Both the position numbers and the translations under genes were made by a program. A DNA stretch of 64,000 nt from Octopus vulgaris (taxonomy: Eukaryota), in NCBI GenBank assembly GCA_951406725.2, contig OX597819.1, positions 124,744,001 through 124,808,000 of the forward strand, given 5' to 3'. The notes under the pieces were generated by a model, which was not told where the DNA came from, did not search any database, and saw only the letters and a program-made list of their open reading frames with translations. This document shows, in pieces, positions 1 to 12,463 of the stretch (positions are counted from its first letter, which is position 1; each line of letters starts with the position of its first letter).

Positions 1-66
1 AATTCAGATGAAGTACGAATATACACATATTTATGTTAAGAGTTTTATGATAAAAATATAAAAATA

Positions 67-632
67 TTGGGTTGTCTGGAAAGTTCGTACCGATTTATAG
101 TAGCTTACCTTTCGGCTTATTTTAGAACATGTTTGAGTCCATAAAATAGGATTTGACTACACCTCCATTTAGAGCACAGTTTAAGCTATCTTTTCGTGGA
201 AGAAGGTTTATGTTCCTATAACCTGTGTTAAGTCTGTAACCCTTTAAAATAAAAGATGAGAAAGTTCATTTTCGGCACTTGATGCTTTGGGAACCAGACA
301 AAAATTGCTGCAGCTCGGCTGGGATGTGTTATCCCCACCCTCCCTATTCCCCAGATATTGCTCCTTCGGATTTCCATTTATTCAGGTCTCTGCAGAAAAG
401 TCTTAATGGTAAAAATTTCAATTCCTTAGATAACGTAAAAACATACCTTGACGAATTCTTTGCCTTGAAACCACCCCAATTCTGGGAAGAGGGTATTTTC
501 AACGTAAAGGAAAGATGGAGACGTATTGTGCAACGAAATGGTTCAGATTTAGTTCATTAAAAATGTAACGGCAAGTATTTAGTGACCTTTACTTTCCTTT
601 AAAAATCGGCACGAACTTTCCGGACAACCCAA
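67..632 (+). mobile_element. Internally deleted mariner (Tc1/mariner) element
   Basis: ~30-bp TIRs (TTGGGTTGTCTGGAAAGTTCGTACCGATTT / AAATCGGCACGAACTTTCCGGACAACCCAA) flanked by TA at 65-66 and 633-634. The transposase N-terminus (KVHFRHLMLWE) is fused directly to the C-terminal PHPPYSPDIAPSDFHLFRSL motif. Confidence 0.92.
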
Positions 633-715
633 TATAAACATAACAATGAAATACGAATATAAACGTGAAAAATAAAAACCTAAATTGAAAGAGGCGATTA
701 AAATTTTTTTCCTAA

Positions 716-779
716 CCTGCAGCCGTTTCAGAAAAGTGGTTGTACGAAGTATTCGAAATTCTGCCCTCCTTCCTCAGGG
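716..779 (-). ncRNA. Degenerate type I hammerhead ribozyme remnant
   Basis: Minus strand reads cc-CTGAGGA-aggag...ttttct-GAAAC-ggct-GCA-gg. The cleavage triplet and stem II are imperfect. Confidence 0.4.
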
Positions 780-1019
780 TGTCTTTCTCGAGGTAAAAGC
801 CAGCAAAAAGCATTAAGGCACTACATGGTGAGTAGTCAGTTGGTGAAAATTAAGTTTTTGAGTATCTGATTTTTTATTACCCACAAGGGGCCAACAAAGA
901 TGGGACAATACAATCGGGGAAAATAAAAAAAGACGAAGACAAATTTAAAAAATAATGAATTATGAAAGGATGTACAAATGCGGTGTAATGCCCACTCGAT
1001 CCCCGAAATCGGGTGGTTA

Positions 1020-1235
1020 CATTTCGTCAGTTCTATTCACAGGGTTTCACAATACATTTCACCAAAAATACATTTCACAAAATTTTCAAAATACATTTTC
1101 ATAAAAAACATTTTACAGAATTTCAAAATACTTTTCACCAAATTTCAAAATACATTTCACAAAGTTTTCAAAGTACATTTTCAAAAAACATTTTACGGAA
1201 TTTCAAAGTACATTTCAAAACTACATTTCGTTTAA
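1020..1235. repeat. Degenerate tandem repeat (ACATTT(T)CAAAA-like units)
   Basis: Repeated acattttc/aaaa units immediately 3' of the ORF1-like gene. Confidence 0.75.
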
Positions 1236-1273
1236 CAAGGTTTTTCTTTTCTAATTCTTTTTTCCCCATAATT

Positions 1274-2736
1274 TTAGATAAATTCCATTACCTCTACCAG
1301 ATCATGGTAATACTCCATTGTACGTGGAAATTTTACCAGTCGGCACCTCGCGTGATTTACCATGTTCTCACCGGCGGCCTCGACGAACGCATCGGCGCTG
1401 TCTTCATGGATTAGTGCACCCGTTTCCTCCCACTCAGTACCAATCTTAACCCATGAATATCCTTCTGTTCTGTCTATTAATTCCTCCATTTCCTCACTAC
1501 ACTTGTGTTGGACCAATGTTCCATAGAATTTATACCGCCTATTCAATTCTGTGTTTTCTCTTTTCTTCCTTTTAGGACTTATTTTTTCTTTACTCTCCTC
1601 TCTTGGTTTCTCTCTTTCTCTCTTTTTGCTTTCCTTTTTTTCTTTTTCTTTCTCTTGTCTTTTTAGTTCTTTGTCTGTTGTCTCTCTACCTTGTGCCTTA
1701 TGTTCTTTTCCTGTTGTTTCTCTTTCCTTCGGTGTACTATCCTTTCCTTTCTCTTGACTCTGTTTTGGTTCTTTTTCTATTGCTTCTCTACCTTGTGAAT
1801 TTTGTTCTTTTTCTGTTATTTTTTTTCCCTTTGTTTTCATTTTTCCTTCAGTGTACTGTCATTTCCTTTCTCTTGTCGTTTTACCGTTATTTCTTTTTCC
1901 TTGTTTTCTTTCTCCTTTAGTGCACTGTTTTTTCCTTCGTGTTCTTTTTTCTTCTCTTTTTTGTTTTCTTCTGTTGTCTCTCCACTCTGTGTCTTATTTC
2001 GTTCCATTTCTTTCTCCACTGTGAATTCGTATAGCAGACATTCTGTTCTTATATGCCCTCTTGTCCCGCATAAGTAGCAGTTTGGCTTTCTTCCCTCTAC
2101 AATTACGCCAATTGTTTTTTCATTTTCTACCTCTATCTGAAAGGGAATTCGTTCTATATCTTCTATTGTGGCCATCAGCCACAACTCCACACCGAATCCC
2201 TTTCAGTTTACGACGTTGGTCTCTGTGATCGACCCTACTTCCATTTCCTCTTTAGCCGACCCTAGAATGGCTGTCACCAGCCATTCCATCTTTACTTCCG
2301 GCGGCACGTTTGGGATTTTAACCCGTACTCCTCTTTTTCCTTTGTATGTAGGCCACATAATAAAATTCTCTGCTCTGAGTACAGTGGAAGATAGCGAGGC
2401 CGCCTCTTCTCTTGTTGCGCACCTCACTTCCACCGTACCATATTTCTTCCCTCTGCTCACATATGTTTCTTCGTTCATTATTTCACCGAGACACTTTTCT
2501 GTCTCTTCTATCGCTATTCTCATTAGCTTCCTCGTGTTCTTGTCTTGTGTCCTGTAAATTATTGTTTTATTGTCTCTCTCCTCCATTGTTTCAGCAGGAG
2601 GAATCAGCTTAACGCTTTCACCCTCCCTTTTAACGTATTTCTCATATTCCTTTAATTGTTCTTTCTTGAAAGTTACTTCTCTTATTACAAGCGACGCATC
2701 ACTCTTCGTTGCGGCGACCCCCGCGTAAGTCTCCAT
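1274..2736 (-). pseudogene. L1/Tx1-type ORF1 (gag-like) protein, disrupted
   Basis: N-terminal TYAGVAA, RRM-like VKIPNVPPEV, CCHC knuckle CYLCGTRGHIRTEC, then Lys/Glu-rich repeats. One in-frame TGA at 2203-2205 (same frame as ORF 1837-2190) and an indel near 1840. Confidence 0.7.
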
Positions 2737-3461
2737 GACTGAGGGTCGACGCTCCTTCTATAAACAGTACTGACACGCAGCGACAAGCGCCTCGCGCGAT
2801 TCTGTCCTGTTTCATCTCTTTCTACAATTTTCCTCTTTCACACAATAATAACGTCTGACTCTAAAGGTATTCAATGAATAAGCGACAGATTTTCAAGAGG
2901 ATTAAATAAGAAATGAAATTCATTGAAAGGTTAACTTTAGTTAATCATGCAAATAATAGCCAATGGAAATGTTCCACTCTCTACTATAAAAAAAATCATT
3001 TAAGATGACAGGTTTGTGCATAAGTGTTCATTGGATCTAATTATCTAATTCGACCGTATTTTCAAAAAGCTTTTATATTCTAAAAAATTATATTTTAAAG
3101 TTTAAGAAAATTATAAGACGCTAAATATTTATGCTTACAACATACTAAAATGTCTGTAATTTTTTATATAGGGGTGAATAAATGAATTCTTGTGTCCCCT
3201 ATATCTAATTTTAAAATTAGTAGGACTCCCTATATAACTTTTCCTAAGTCCGGAGCGTTAAAGTAATAAACCTATTTGCTGTATACATACCCGTCTTCGT
3301 CTTTTGTTCGTTTCTTTTGTAAATTCCAAATATATATGTATGTATGTATGTATGTGTGTATGCATATATGTATGTATGTATATATATATATGGATTTCGT
3401 AGACAGGAACTGAAACAAATCGATCGTATATATACGTATGTATATATGTAAGTGTATGTGT

Positions 3462-6188
3462 TTTGGTATTGGCAACATGAATGACAATGGCCGGAGACTA
3501 CTTGAATTTTGCACATACTATAACCTGTGCATCACTAACACATTCTTTGCCAACAAGACATCTCACAAGGCATCTTGGAGATATCCAAGATCTCACCACT
3601 GGCATCAACTGGACCTCATCATTACACGAAGACCCTTTTTGAATTCTGTTCAACTGACTCGTAGTTACCACAGCGCGGATTGTGACACAGATCATTCACT
3701 AATAAGAAGCAGGGTGAGGATTCTGCCTAAAAAGTCCATCACTCCAAGAAAATGGGCCGACCTCGCATTAACACTGCCAGAACCTCCGACCCTACACTGC
3801 GACAATGTTTTTGCTGTTTCTATCAAAGTTGCCCTCAGGAGCTGCCCAACCATCACTGCTGAAAGTAGGTGGAATTATATCAGGGAAGCTTTGTATACCA
3901 CATCAATAGATACTTTCGGCATGAGAGAAAGGCAAAACCCAGATTTTGTTCAGTGCTGGGCTCTCAGAGCTGGAAACAGTTATCGAAACAAAGCGTCAGC
4001 TCTGATGTAATACAAGAGTGATTCTTCTATAAAGTCACTCGAAGAACTCAGAAAGGCGAGAAATAAAACCCAACTGACTGCCAGACGCTGTGCAAATAGG
4101 TATTGGCAGGAAATCTGTCAGAGTATCCAGTCAGCTGCTGATAGTGGCGACATCCGTGGGATGTATGCCGGTTTGAAGAAGGCCCTCGGTCCATCCGCAA
4201 CCAAGTCAGCCCCTCTGAAATCAACTACTGGGGATCTCATCAAGGACCAAAGCAAGCAAATGGATAGATGGGTGGAGTACTACCAGGATCTCTACTCACG
4301 AGAGACCACGGTAGCTGAGGCTGCAATCGAGGGTGTCAAGATCTTGCCAGTCATGTATGAACTTGATAGTCTACCATCTATAGCAGAGCTCACCAAGGCT
4401 ATTGACTCCCTAGCAAGTAACAAGGCTCCGGGAAAAGACGGCATCCCCTTAGAGATCATCAAAACCGGCAAAAACACCATCCTGTTTCGGCACATTCATG
4501 AGCTGTGTCAGTGCTGGGAAGAGGGTACAGTCCCTCAGGATATGCGGGATGCTAACATCATAACGCTTTACAAAAACAAAGGTGACCGTGGTTATTGTAA
4601 CAATTACCGTGGAATATCTCTTCTAAGCACTGTTGGAAAGGCCTCTGCTCGCATTATCCTGTCCAGGCTGCAACTGCTTGCTTCCCGAATTTATCCAGAA
4701 TCGCAGTTTTGCTTTAGAAGAAGCAGATCAACTATTGACATGATATTCTCCATACGCCAACTTCAGGAGAAGTCCAGAGAGCAGAAAATGCCATTATATA
4801 TGGCCTTCATTGATCTGACAAAGGCCTTTGACTTGGTAAGTAGAAAAGGCCTCTTCATCCTGCTCCAAAAAATCGGATGTTCACCAAAGCTGCTGAGGAT
4901 CGTCACATCTTTCCATGATGATATGCAAGGCACCATACAGCATAATGGTTCAACATCAGCCGCCTTCCAAATAAAAAATGGAGTAAAGCAAGGTTGTGTT
5001 CTTGCTCCTACATTATTTGGCATCTTCTTCTCGCTGCTGCTGTCACATGCCTTTGTGACATCAGATGATAGAGTGTTTCTGCACAGTAGAAGTGATGGGA
5101 AATTGTTCAATCTTTCGCGTCTGCGTGCCAAGACCAAAATCAGAAGCGTCCTGATCAAGGAGACGCTATTTGCTGATGATGCCGCTCAGGTATCACACAC
5201 AGAAGAAGCCCTACAAAGGCTCATCACCTGTTTTGAGCAAGCATGTGGCAACTTTGGCTTATTTATCAGCCTCAAGAAGACCAACAACATGGGTCAGGCT
5301 ACATCGACCATCCCAAACATGCATATTGGAGGCCACAGACTACAGGAGGTGGAGAAGTTTACCTATCTTGGCTCTACCGTCAACTACAACTTATCCCTTG
5401 ATACTGAGCTCAATATACGCATTGGCAAGGCAGCTGCTGTGATGGCCCAACTCTCCAAACGGGCATGGGACAACAATAAGCTGACCAAGACCACAAAAAT
5501 GAAGATTTACCAGGCATATGTACTTAGAACTCTACTGTATGGAAGTGAGACTTGGACGCCATACACACGCCATACGACGCCATACGTCGCCTAAATATCT
5601 TTCACCTGCGCTGCCTCCGAAAAGTCCTTCGCATCAAATGGCAGAATCATGTCCCCAACAAAGATGTCCTCAAGCAAGCAGGAATACCAAGCATGTTTAC
5701 ATTCCTCACACAAAGACGTATGAGATGGCTTCGACATGTTAGCCGTATGGAAGATGGCAGAATCCCCAAGGACATACTTAACGGAAAGCTTGCTAGGGGC
5801 ACTAGGTCTGTGGGAAGACCGTTCTTACGATACAAGGATGTTTGCAAAAGGGACATGAATGCCTGCAACATCAATATAACGAACTGGGAAGCAGTTGCCA
5901 GCAACCGTGGAGATTGGCAACGTACCGTAAAAGAGGGAACACAAAGGAGTGACATAGAGAGGAGAAATGGAAAGACAAGAAAAGACGTAAACAAGAAACT
6001 ATGGCATTACAACCAGCCAGGCAAAGTCTTCGCTACATTTGCGGCACATGCCACGAGAGAGTGTTTGTCCAGGATAGGACTACACAGCCACAGCAGGAGA
6101 TGTATTAGGACATGAAATGTAAAAGCTGGACTAGATTATTTTATGCGCAACTCCATTGTCTCCCGAGACAAAAAGGATGCCAACAACA
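3462..6188 (+). mobile_element. 5'-truncated RTE/BovB-like LINE (APE end + RT, several frameshifts)
   Basis: APE C-terminus (HWHQLDLII, DCDTDHSL), RT motifs (KAPGKDGIP, YRGISLL, FIDLTKAFD, GVKQGCVLAPTLF, LFADDA), SRIGLHSHSRRC end, 3' stem GTCTCCCGAGAC and (CAA)n tail. Confidence 0.95.
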
Positions 6189-8503
6189 ATATATATGGAT
6201 TTCGTAGACAGGAACTGAAACGAATCAATCGTATATATATGTATATATGTAAGTGTGTGTGTGTCTTTGTGTCTGTGTTTCGCCCTTATCACTGCTTCAC
6301 AACAGCTGTTCATTTATTTACATCCACATAACTTACTGGTTTCACAAGAACAAACTAATAGAATAAGTACTAGGCTTATAGACATAAAAAAGCACTAGGC
6401 TGTGTCTCATATTTTTGTTTGCCCACTCAGTTGTATCTATCAATTTATGATCCAAAACTAGGTCAAAAGCACTGAATGGATCTTTATGAAATTTGGAAAT
6501 TATATTCTAAGCATAAGGGCCATAACCCCCATGACAATTCATATATTTTTGCTGTTGAAATTTTAACCATAGATATTACACACAAATGAAGTAATATTTA
6601 TAAAATTTCATCTTACAAAGTTAGAAAGACCCCTCCATGGAGACTTAACACTCACAATTTTGTCATTTTATCTAAGCAAAAACGAATACAGTTGTGCTCT
6701 TGGAAGCTGTAGGGTTACCTGAGCATAAAAGTTGGGCATTATTTCTAATTCAATGGTACAACAGTGTATGAGTTTGCTTTGACATACACTTACATTGTGA
6801 TTTCTGCAATGTGGTGCATAAATTGTGAAGTAAATGAGAGGCATCTTTGTCTCCATTGATTCAGTTGCAAAGTGTTGAGTAAAGTTATTTGATTGCAGAC
6901 CTCCTTTCAGTCTTTTTATTATCACTCGGTCACACATAGTCCCCAGATGGTAACACTGATTACAAGGCCTTCCCAGATGAGTGACTGGTTATTCAAAGAC
7001 ATTTATAGATTTTAAATTCATTCTGTCCAGTTACGTATCAGTATAGTGGTAATTTGCAAACTCCAGAGGTGACACTTTAATTTCTCCTTAGCCCTCACGT
7101 CACACAGTTGTTAATGTTGATTTCAGTTGGGTCACGCCCTTCCAAATGCTATAGATTCGTAATGCATCTTACGGCTGTGCCTGTCACCTGGATGGTGAGG
7201 AATCCTACATTAGGAGTGGTAACGACTAGGGTAGGGTAACTGACTGCTTATTGTGATCATTCGTCTTTTGGTTTCCATGTGACACGATTACAATTTTTTA
7301 GGGTGTGTAAAGAGGGAAATAACCCTCATCTGCAATTTTGATGAAATTCGAAACATAGATATTCCAGTTCATTCAGAAAATATAACAGAAAAGTCTAATT
7401 CTTCAATTGAATGTAACCGGGCAACGCCGGGTATCTCTGCTATTTAATAATAAGAGTTGAATTTCATGCATGTAAGATTTCACAGCTCTGACATTTCTCC
7501 TTCATAGTCAGCCTATGGGCTTTTCAACCAACCATCGTACATACATTTGAGATATTTGAGTAATAACAAAACCAATGATTGTTATTTTGAATGCATTTAA
7601 CACACACGCTTCAAGTGGTTACATAACATGCTGTTACGTATATACCTATTCTCTTTGGACATTATAAACGAAATACGAGGCTTTGCACTCTCTTTCCTAT
7701 CAGCTAGCCAACTCAATTTAAACGTGAATCCAAAATGGCGTTCCAGTTGCCCACAAGCATCAAAGAGCAGAATATTTTTAGGGAAACGGCCTAACTCTTG
7801 AAGAAACATGGCCGTCTTATTCTGGTCATCAAGTAGTTTGAAGGTACACCCTTTTCAACTGTTTACATCCAGATCCACAAAATTACCTCTGAGTCTAAAA
7901 GATGGACCATATCAGGAAATCTAGACCATTCCAAAACAAAACTGACCCCGCCTCTTAATCCTGGTCAACTTGGAAATAAATGGATCTCTCAGAAAACAGG
8001 CATGAAAATATGTGGATCGGAAACTCTTGCCTTTCTGACAGCTAGTACATCAATATATAAATGATCTGAGATCATTGAGTTGGTGTCCCTGCTTCTAAAT
8101 TGACATCAGGCCACGAGTACTTACACTGCTATTTTGTGTAAGGCCATGTTCAATAGAAAGTGGGTTATGAGAACGGTTCATCGAGTTCCTATCGAAATAC
8201 AGATGTTTTTTTCTATAGTCATCGTTTTATATTCCCTCTAAAGTTTTCTATTCTATTGGAGTTCTTTTGTTTTAAAATATGTGTGTTGTCAAACTCGAGC
8301 GATTTTTTATGTGATGGAATGTCATTCGTTAATGTAATGTAGTTATTACGTGTGATCGTTTAGTTTTTTTTATTGTTTGTATTATGGCTGTGTAGTTAAT
8401 AATTTCGTTTTCTGTTTATGCTCGAAAATATGTTGTGACCCTTGCTGAGTGCGCGAGTGAAGTAGTGCTTGTGTTTGCGAGGTGGTGGTAGTGGCGTATA
8501 TAC

Positions 8504-8950
8504 ATTTCTTGACTGCCCACAAGGGGCAAAACACAGAGGGAACAAACAAGGACAGACAAACGGATTAAGTCGATTACATCGACCCCAGTGTGTAACTGGT
8601 ACTTTATTTATCGACCCCGAAAGGATGAAAGGCAAAGTCGACCTCGGCGGAATTTGAACTCAGAACGTAACGGCAGACGAAATACGGCTACGCATTTCGC
8701 CCGGCGTGCTAACGTTTCTTATTTCTTTACTACCCACAAGGGGCTACACACAGAAGGGACAAACAAAACGGACAAACGGATTAAGTCAATTACATCGACC
8801 CCAGTGTGTAACTGGTACTTTATCTATCGAACCCGAAAGGATGAAAGGCAAAGTCGACCTCGGCGGAATTTGAACTCAGAACGTAACGGCAGACGAAATA
8901 CGGCTACGCATTTCGCCCGGCGTGCTAACGTTTCTGCCAACTTGCCGCCT
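8504..8950 (-). mobile_element. tRNA-derived SINE family A, head-to-tail dimer
   Basis: Two consecutive copies of the GGCGGC(G/A)AG(C/T)TGGCAGAAACGTTAGC...GGTCGACTTTGCCTTTCATCCTTTCGGGGTCGAT...GTGGG unit found repeatedly in the window. Confidence 0.88.
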
Positions 8951-9422
8951 TCGGTCGTGGCGCATATAATAGCAGTGGTGTTGCTAAATCAGCTGATAGC
9001 GCAGTCGCTATTGATTAATGTATCATTGCTTATTGTTTGTCACTTAGGGTCTTCATCATCATCTACCCCATTCGGCATATCTGCGTACTTTGAGTCGGCA
9101 AGGGACATATCTCGATAAAGTTTGTGCTATTGTTCTGTTGTTTTGGTGTTTTCTGTTCTTGTTGTTTTGGTGTTGTAGTGACGCTGTTTTTTGGAAGTTT
9201 TCAGCACGCATGCGCAGAGTTGGATTACTTCCGGTAGGCCGCCGGAAGTTCTCTCATGCGCATGCGCAGAGAACTGCAAACTGAAAGCGTTCCCACTAAA
9301 TCTGTCTTTTTTGAATCAGCAACCCTACTGAGTGGACGTGACCAACCTTCTCTCAGGGTAAACCCTACATATAGAGAAGCTCTCTTCTAAGCGGGAACGG
9401 ACACAGTCGGATTTTGGTTCTC

Positions 9423-9842
9423 GGATCTTTTCGGTTTGAACGGCAGTTTTTCTAGCGGTGTCACATGAAATTGTCACCCATAATTATGACCCTAGAATCG
9501 ATCTATTGCATTTCAATCTGTTTTAGTGTTCGGGTTAGGGTTAGTGGTGGGGGAGGGTATCTTTTTTTCTTCAGAAATGTAAATAAACCCAATCTGTTTC
9601 TTAAACGAGGGACATATTCATACGGCACAGAATGTTTTCACCTCAATAGACGTCATTGATTGGTTGAAATTGCAGAAATTGAAGAAAAAAAACAACAAAT
9701 ATCTTACAAACTATAGAATTTTCTCAATAAAGCCAAGAGAAAAAGATGTTTTATAAACACATTCTACCAGTATATGAAGTTTAAAAGTTTTTAGTTACGT
9801 GGAAATTATTTTAAAAAACTGCCGGTCAAACCGAAAAGATCC
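9423..9842. mobile_element. MITE family 1 (GGATCTTTTCGG TIR, 8-bp TSD)
   Basis: TIR GGATCTTTTCGGTTTGAACGGCAGTTTT at both ends; perfect TSD TGGTTCTC (9415-9422, 9843-9850). Confidence 0.9.
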
Positions 9843-12463
9843 TGGTTCTCCCTTCGACAATTGTATGTGACAAGATAAGACAGACACCTCTCAAGTGTTC
9901 CTGAGACCTTCATCTTGTTACAGTGTCTTCTGTTCCTGTTGTTACCATTGTGGTCCGTGATGTGATAGCTTTTGATGGACGTGTATTTGCTGTTGTTTTT
10001 GTTATTGCTTCCTACGTTAGTTTTGTTGTTACCCTAAGTACTACTTCCGATCTTTTTCGCTTGGCTTTCTTGAGAACATACTGTAGCTTGTAAGCTATTT
10101 GTTGTTTAATTTCTTGCATTTCGGCAATTTCAACCAATCAATGACGGCTATTTAAAAATCTGCCGGTCAAAGCGAAAAGATCCTGATTTTGTTTAACATG
10201 GAATTTTGCTTTTCAAAATGGTTCAAAATTTCACAAAGTCAACTAACCTCTGGGGACTTAATGACAAAATGGTACAAGATTAACCAAAATTACAACATTA
10301 ACCAAAATTGAATAACAAGTTTCGAGCTCCATACCGACGTTTTTCTCTTACAAACAATAAGAAAAATCTTCATCATCAAAGCAATAACAATATAGGAACA
10401 AAGCTGCTGCTGCTGCTACAGCCCTGTGGGATTGGAAGAATGGACTAGCCGAACTCTTACAGAGAGTGGCGTACGGGTTGAAACGAGAAAAGGTCGTAGG
10501 AATCGTTGAGAGAGCGTGGAAGTCGTAGAAAATCGTTGAGGTCGTTGAGAGTTGGTATTTATTGAGCTATCGTATTTAGTGGAGTAATTTGAAGTACGTT
10601 GTGTGAAGACAGTTGTATCTATCTCCGCTTCGTGAAATCTGTATATCCAACGTATAGAAGGATATAAAAGTGGCGACTAGCTTGTTCGAAGCTTACGTCG
10701 TACGGTAACATTTCCATTTGATACAAATCAAAGAAAAATTAGTTAACATAGCCTCTGTGGTGCAGTTGCAACAGCAACAACAGTTACAGCAGCAATTACA
10801 ACAACAACAACATCAACAGAAATAACAATACCAACAGTTACTGGAATTAATGTTGAAGTCCAAAAATACTTCAGGTTCGTTCTGACCAGACAGCGTAGCA
10901 AACGCAATTTCAAAATTTAACCCTTGAACAGAAAGTATTACTTTTTTTGCATATTTCCGAAAATATACAGAAATCTTCAAAGAAGAATGCAAAAATTGGA
11001 CAGACAATGAAATAGTACAACTACTTTTAAGAAAATTATCCTCTGCTAAGCACAAAAAATACTATAACTACATTCTGCAAAAAAAAAAAAGCATGCGAAA
11101 TTTGTTTCGATGAAACAATTAAATAGTTATCTAAAATTTTCAGTGAGAGAAATTCCCTATACAATACTCACTGGGAGTGTTTGAATTTATTAAAAAATAA
11201 ATTATGAAGATTTTGTCACCTATACCGGAGTTGTCACTCGAGAACGCGAAAAATTCAAACTAAAAGAATTAACCCCGGACATGTTCAAATGTCTAATTTT
11301 TGTTCAAGGGTTAACTGCAAGCAAAGATGCAGAGATACGTGCCCGGATATTGACAAAATTAGAACAGGAACAGAATTTGACTTTGCAGGCAGTGGCAGAG
11401 GAATGTCAGAGAATTATTAATCTACGACATGACGCAAATAAAATTGAAGGAAAGAATTTCTCTCACATTCTTGCGTGTCGACATGTAACGGATAAGAAAA
11501 AACAAAGATCAAGACCCAATCCATGCTATGGGTGCGAAGGTCTACTTAAAAAATTGCAGAATTAAACAAAAGGTCGAACGAAAAAAATTCAGGAAAGGTT
11601 TTCTCAGCAGAGAGTCTAGGCAATGCTCACAAAAGAAAGATGGTGTACATAAAAATTAATAATGTGAACGTGAAGTTACCGCTAGATACATGCAGTGATA
11701 TTACAATCATTAATACTGACACATGGAGAAATATAGGAAAGCCTACATTAATGGAAGCTTAAAAAATTGCAAAAGCGGTCTCAGGAAAAAAATTACATTT
11801 TTGGGGCGGAATAACTGAGATTACATTTCAGGGTAAAACCTTGAAAGCAAAGGTTTTTGTGTTAAATAATGCAACAAACTTGTTCGGTCCTGACTGGATT
11901 ATATTGTTTGATTTATGGGACCGCCCCATAAATCTGTTCTGTAAAAATATAAATGGTTTTTCCTCCAGTAAAAACAAGTCGTCAGATGAATTGAAACAAA
12001 AAGTAAAAAATATTTTTCCTGAAGTTCTGTCCGATAAATTAGGTCTGCGTACCAAGACAAATAAGAGAAAACGTCATACCAGTATTTAAACTAATGGCAC
12101 CCCTTGCAGCAATAGAGCAAGTCAATAAACTAAAGAAACCAGAAAAAATTGGAGTTATCCGGAATATTCTAAATGGGCAGCACCAACTGTGTATGTTAAG
12201 AAAAAGGATAGTAAAATCAGAGTGTGCGCTGATTTTTCCCCTGGTTTAAACGAATGTCTTAAAAAGGTTTACTATCTGATTCCTACTCTGGAGGATATTT
12301 TTGCGAAATTAAACGGTGAGAAGATATTTTCTAAATTGGATCTTTCTGACGCGTACCTACAAATTCGAGTAGACGATGAATGCTCGAAATACCTAACAAT
12401 TAACATACATAAAGGATTGCATAAGTACAACTGTAAACCATTTGGTTTAAAAGTCGCAGATTA

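Noticed and set aside
6668-7250. Possible decayed transposase or exon on the minus strand
   Set aside because: No diagnostic motif or consistent splice pattern.
8588-9118. Recurrent '[19 protein letters not shown]' ORFs
   Set aside because: Antisense translations of SINE family A.
9200-9420. GCGCATGCGC/CCGGAAGT motifs resembling a housekeeping promoter
   Set aside because: No associated exon found; likely part of an unclassified repeat or LTR.
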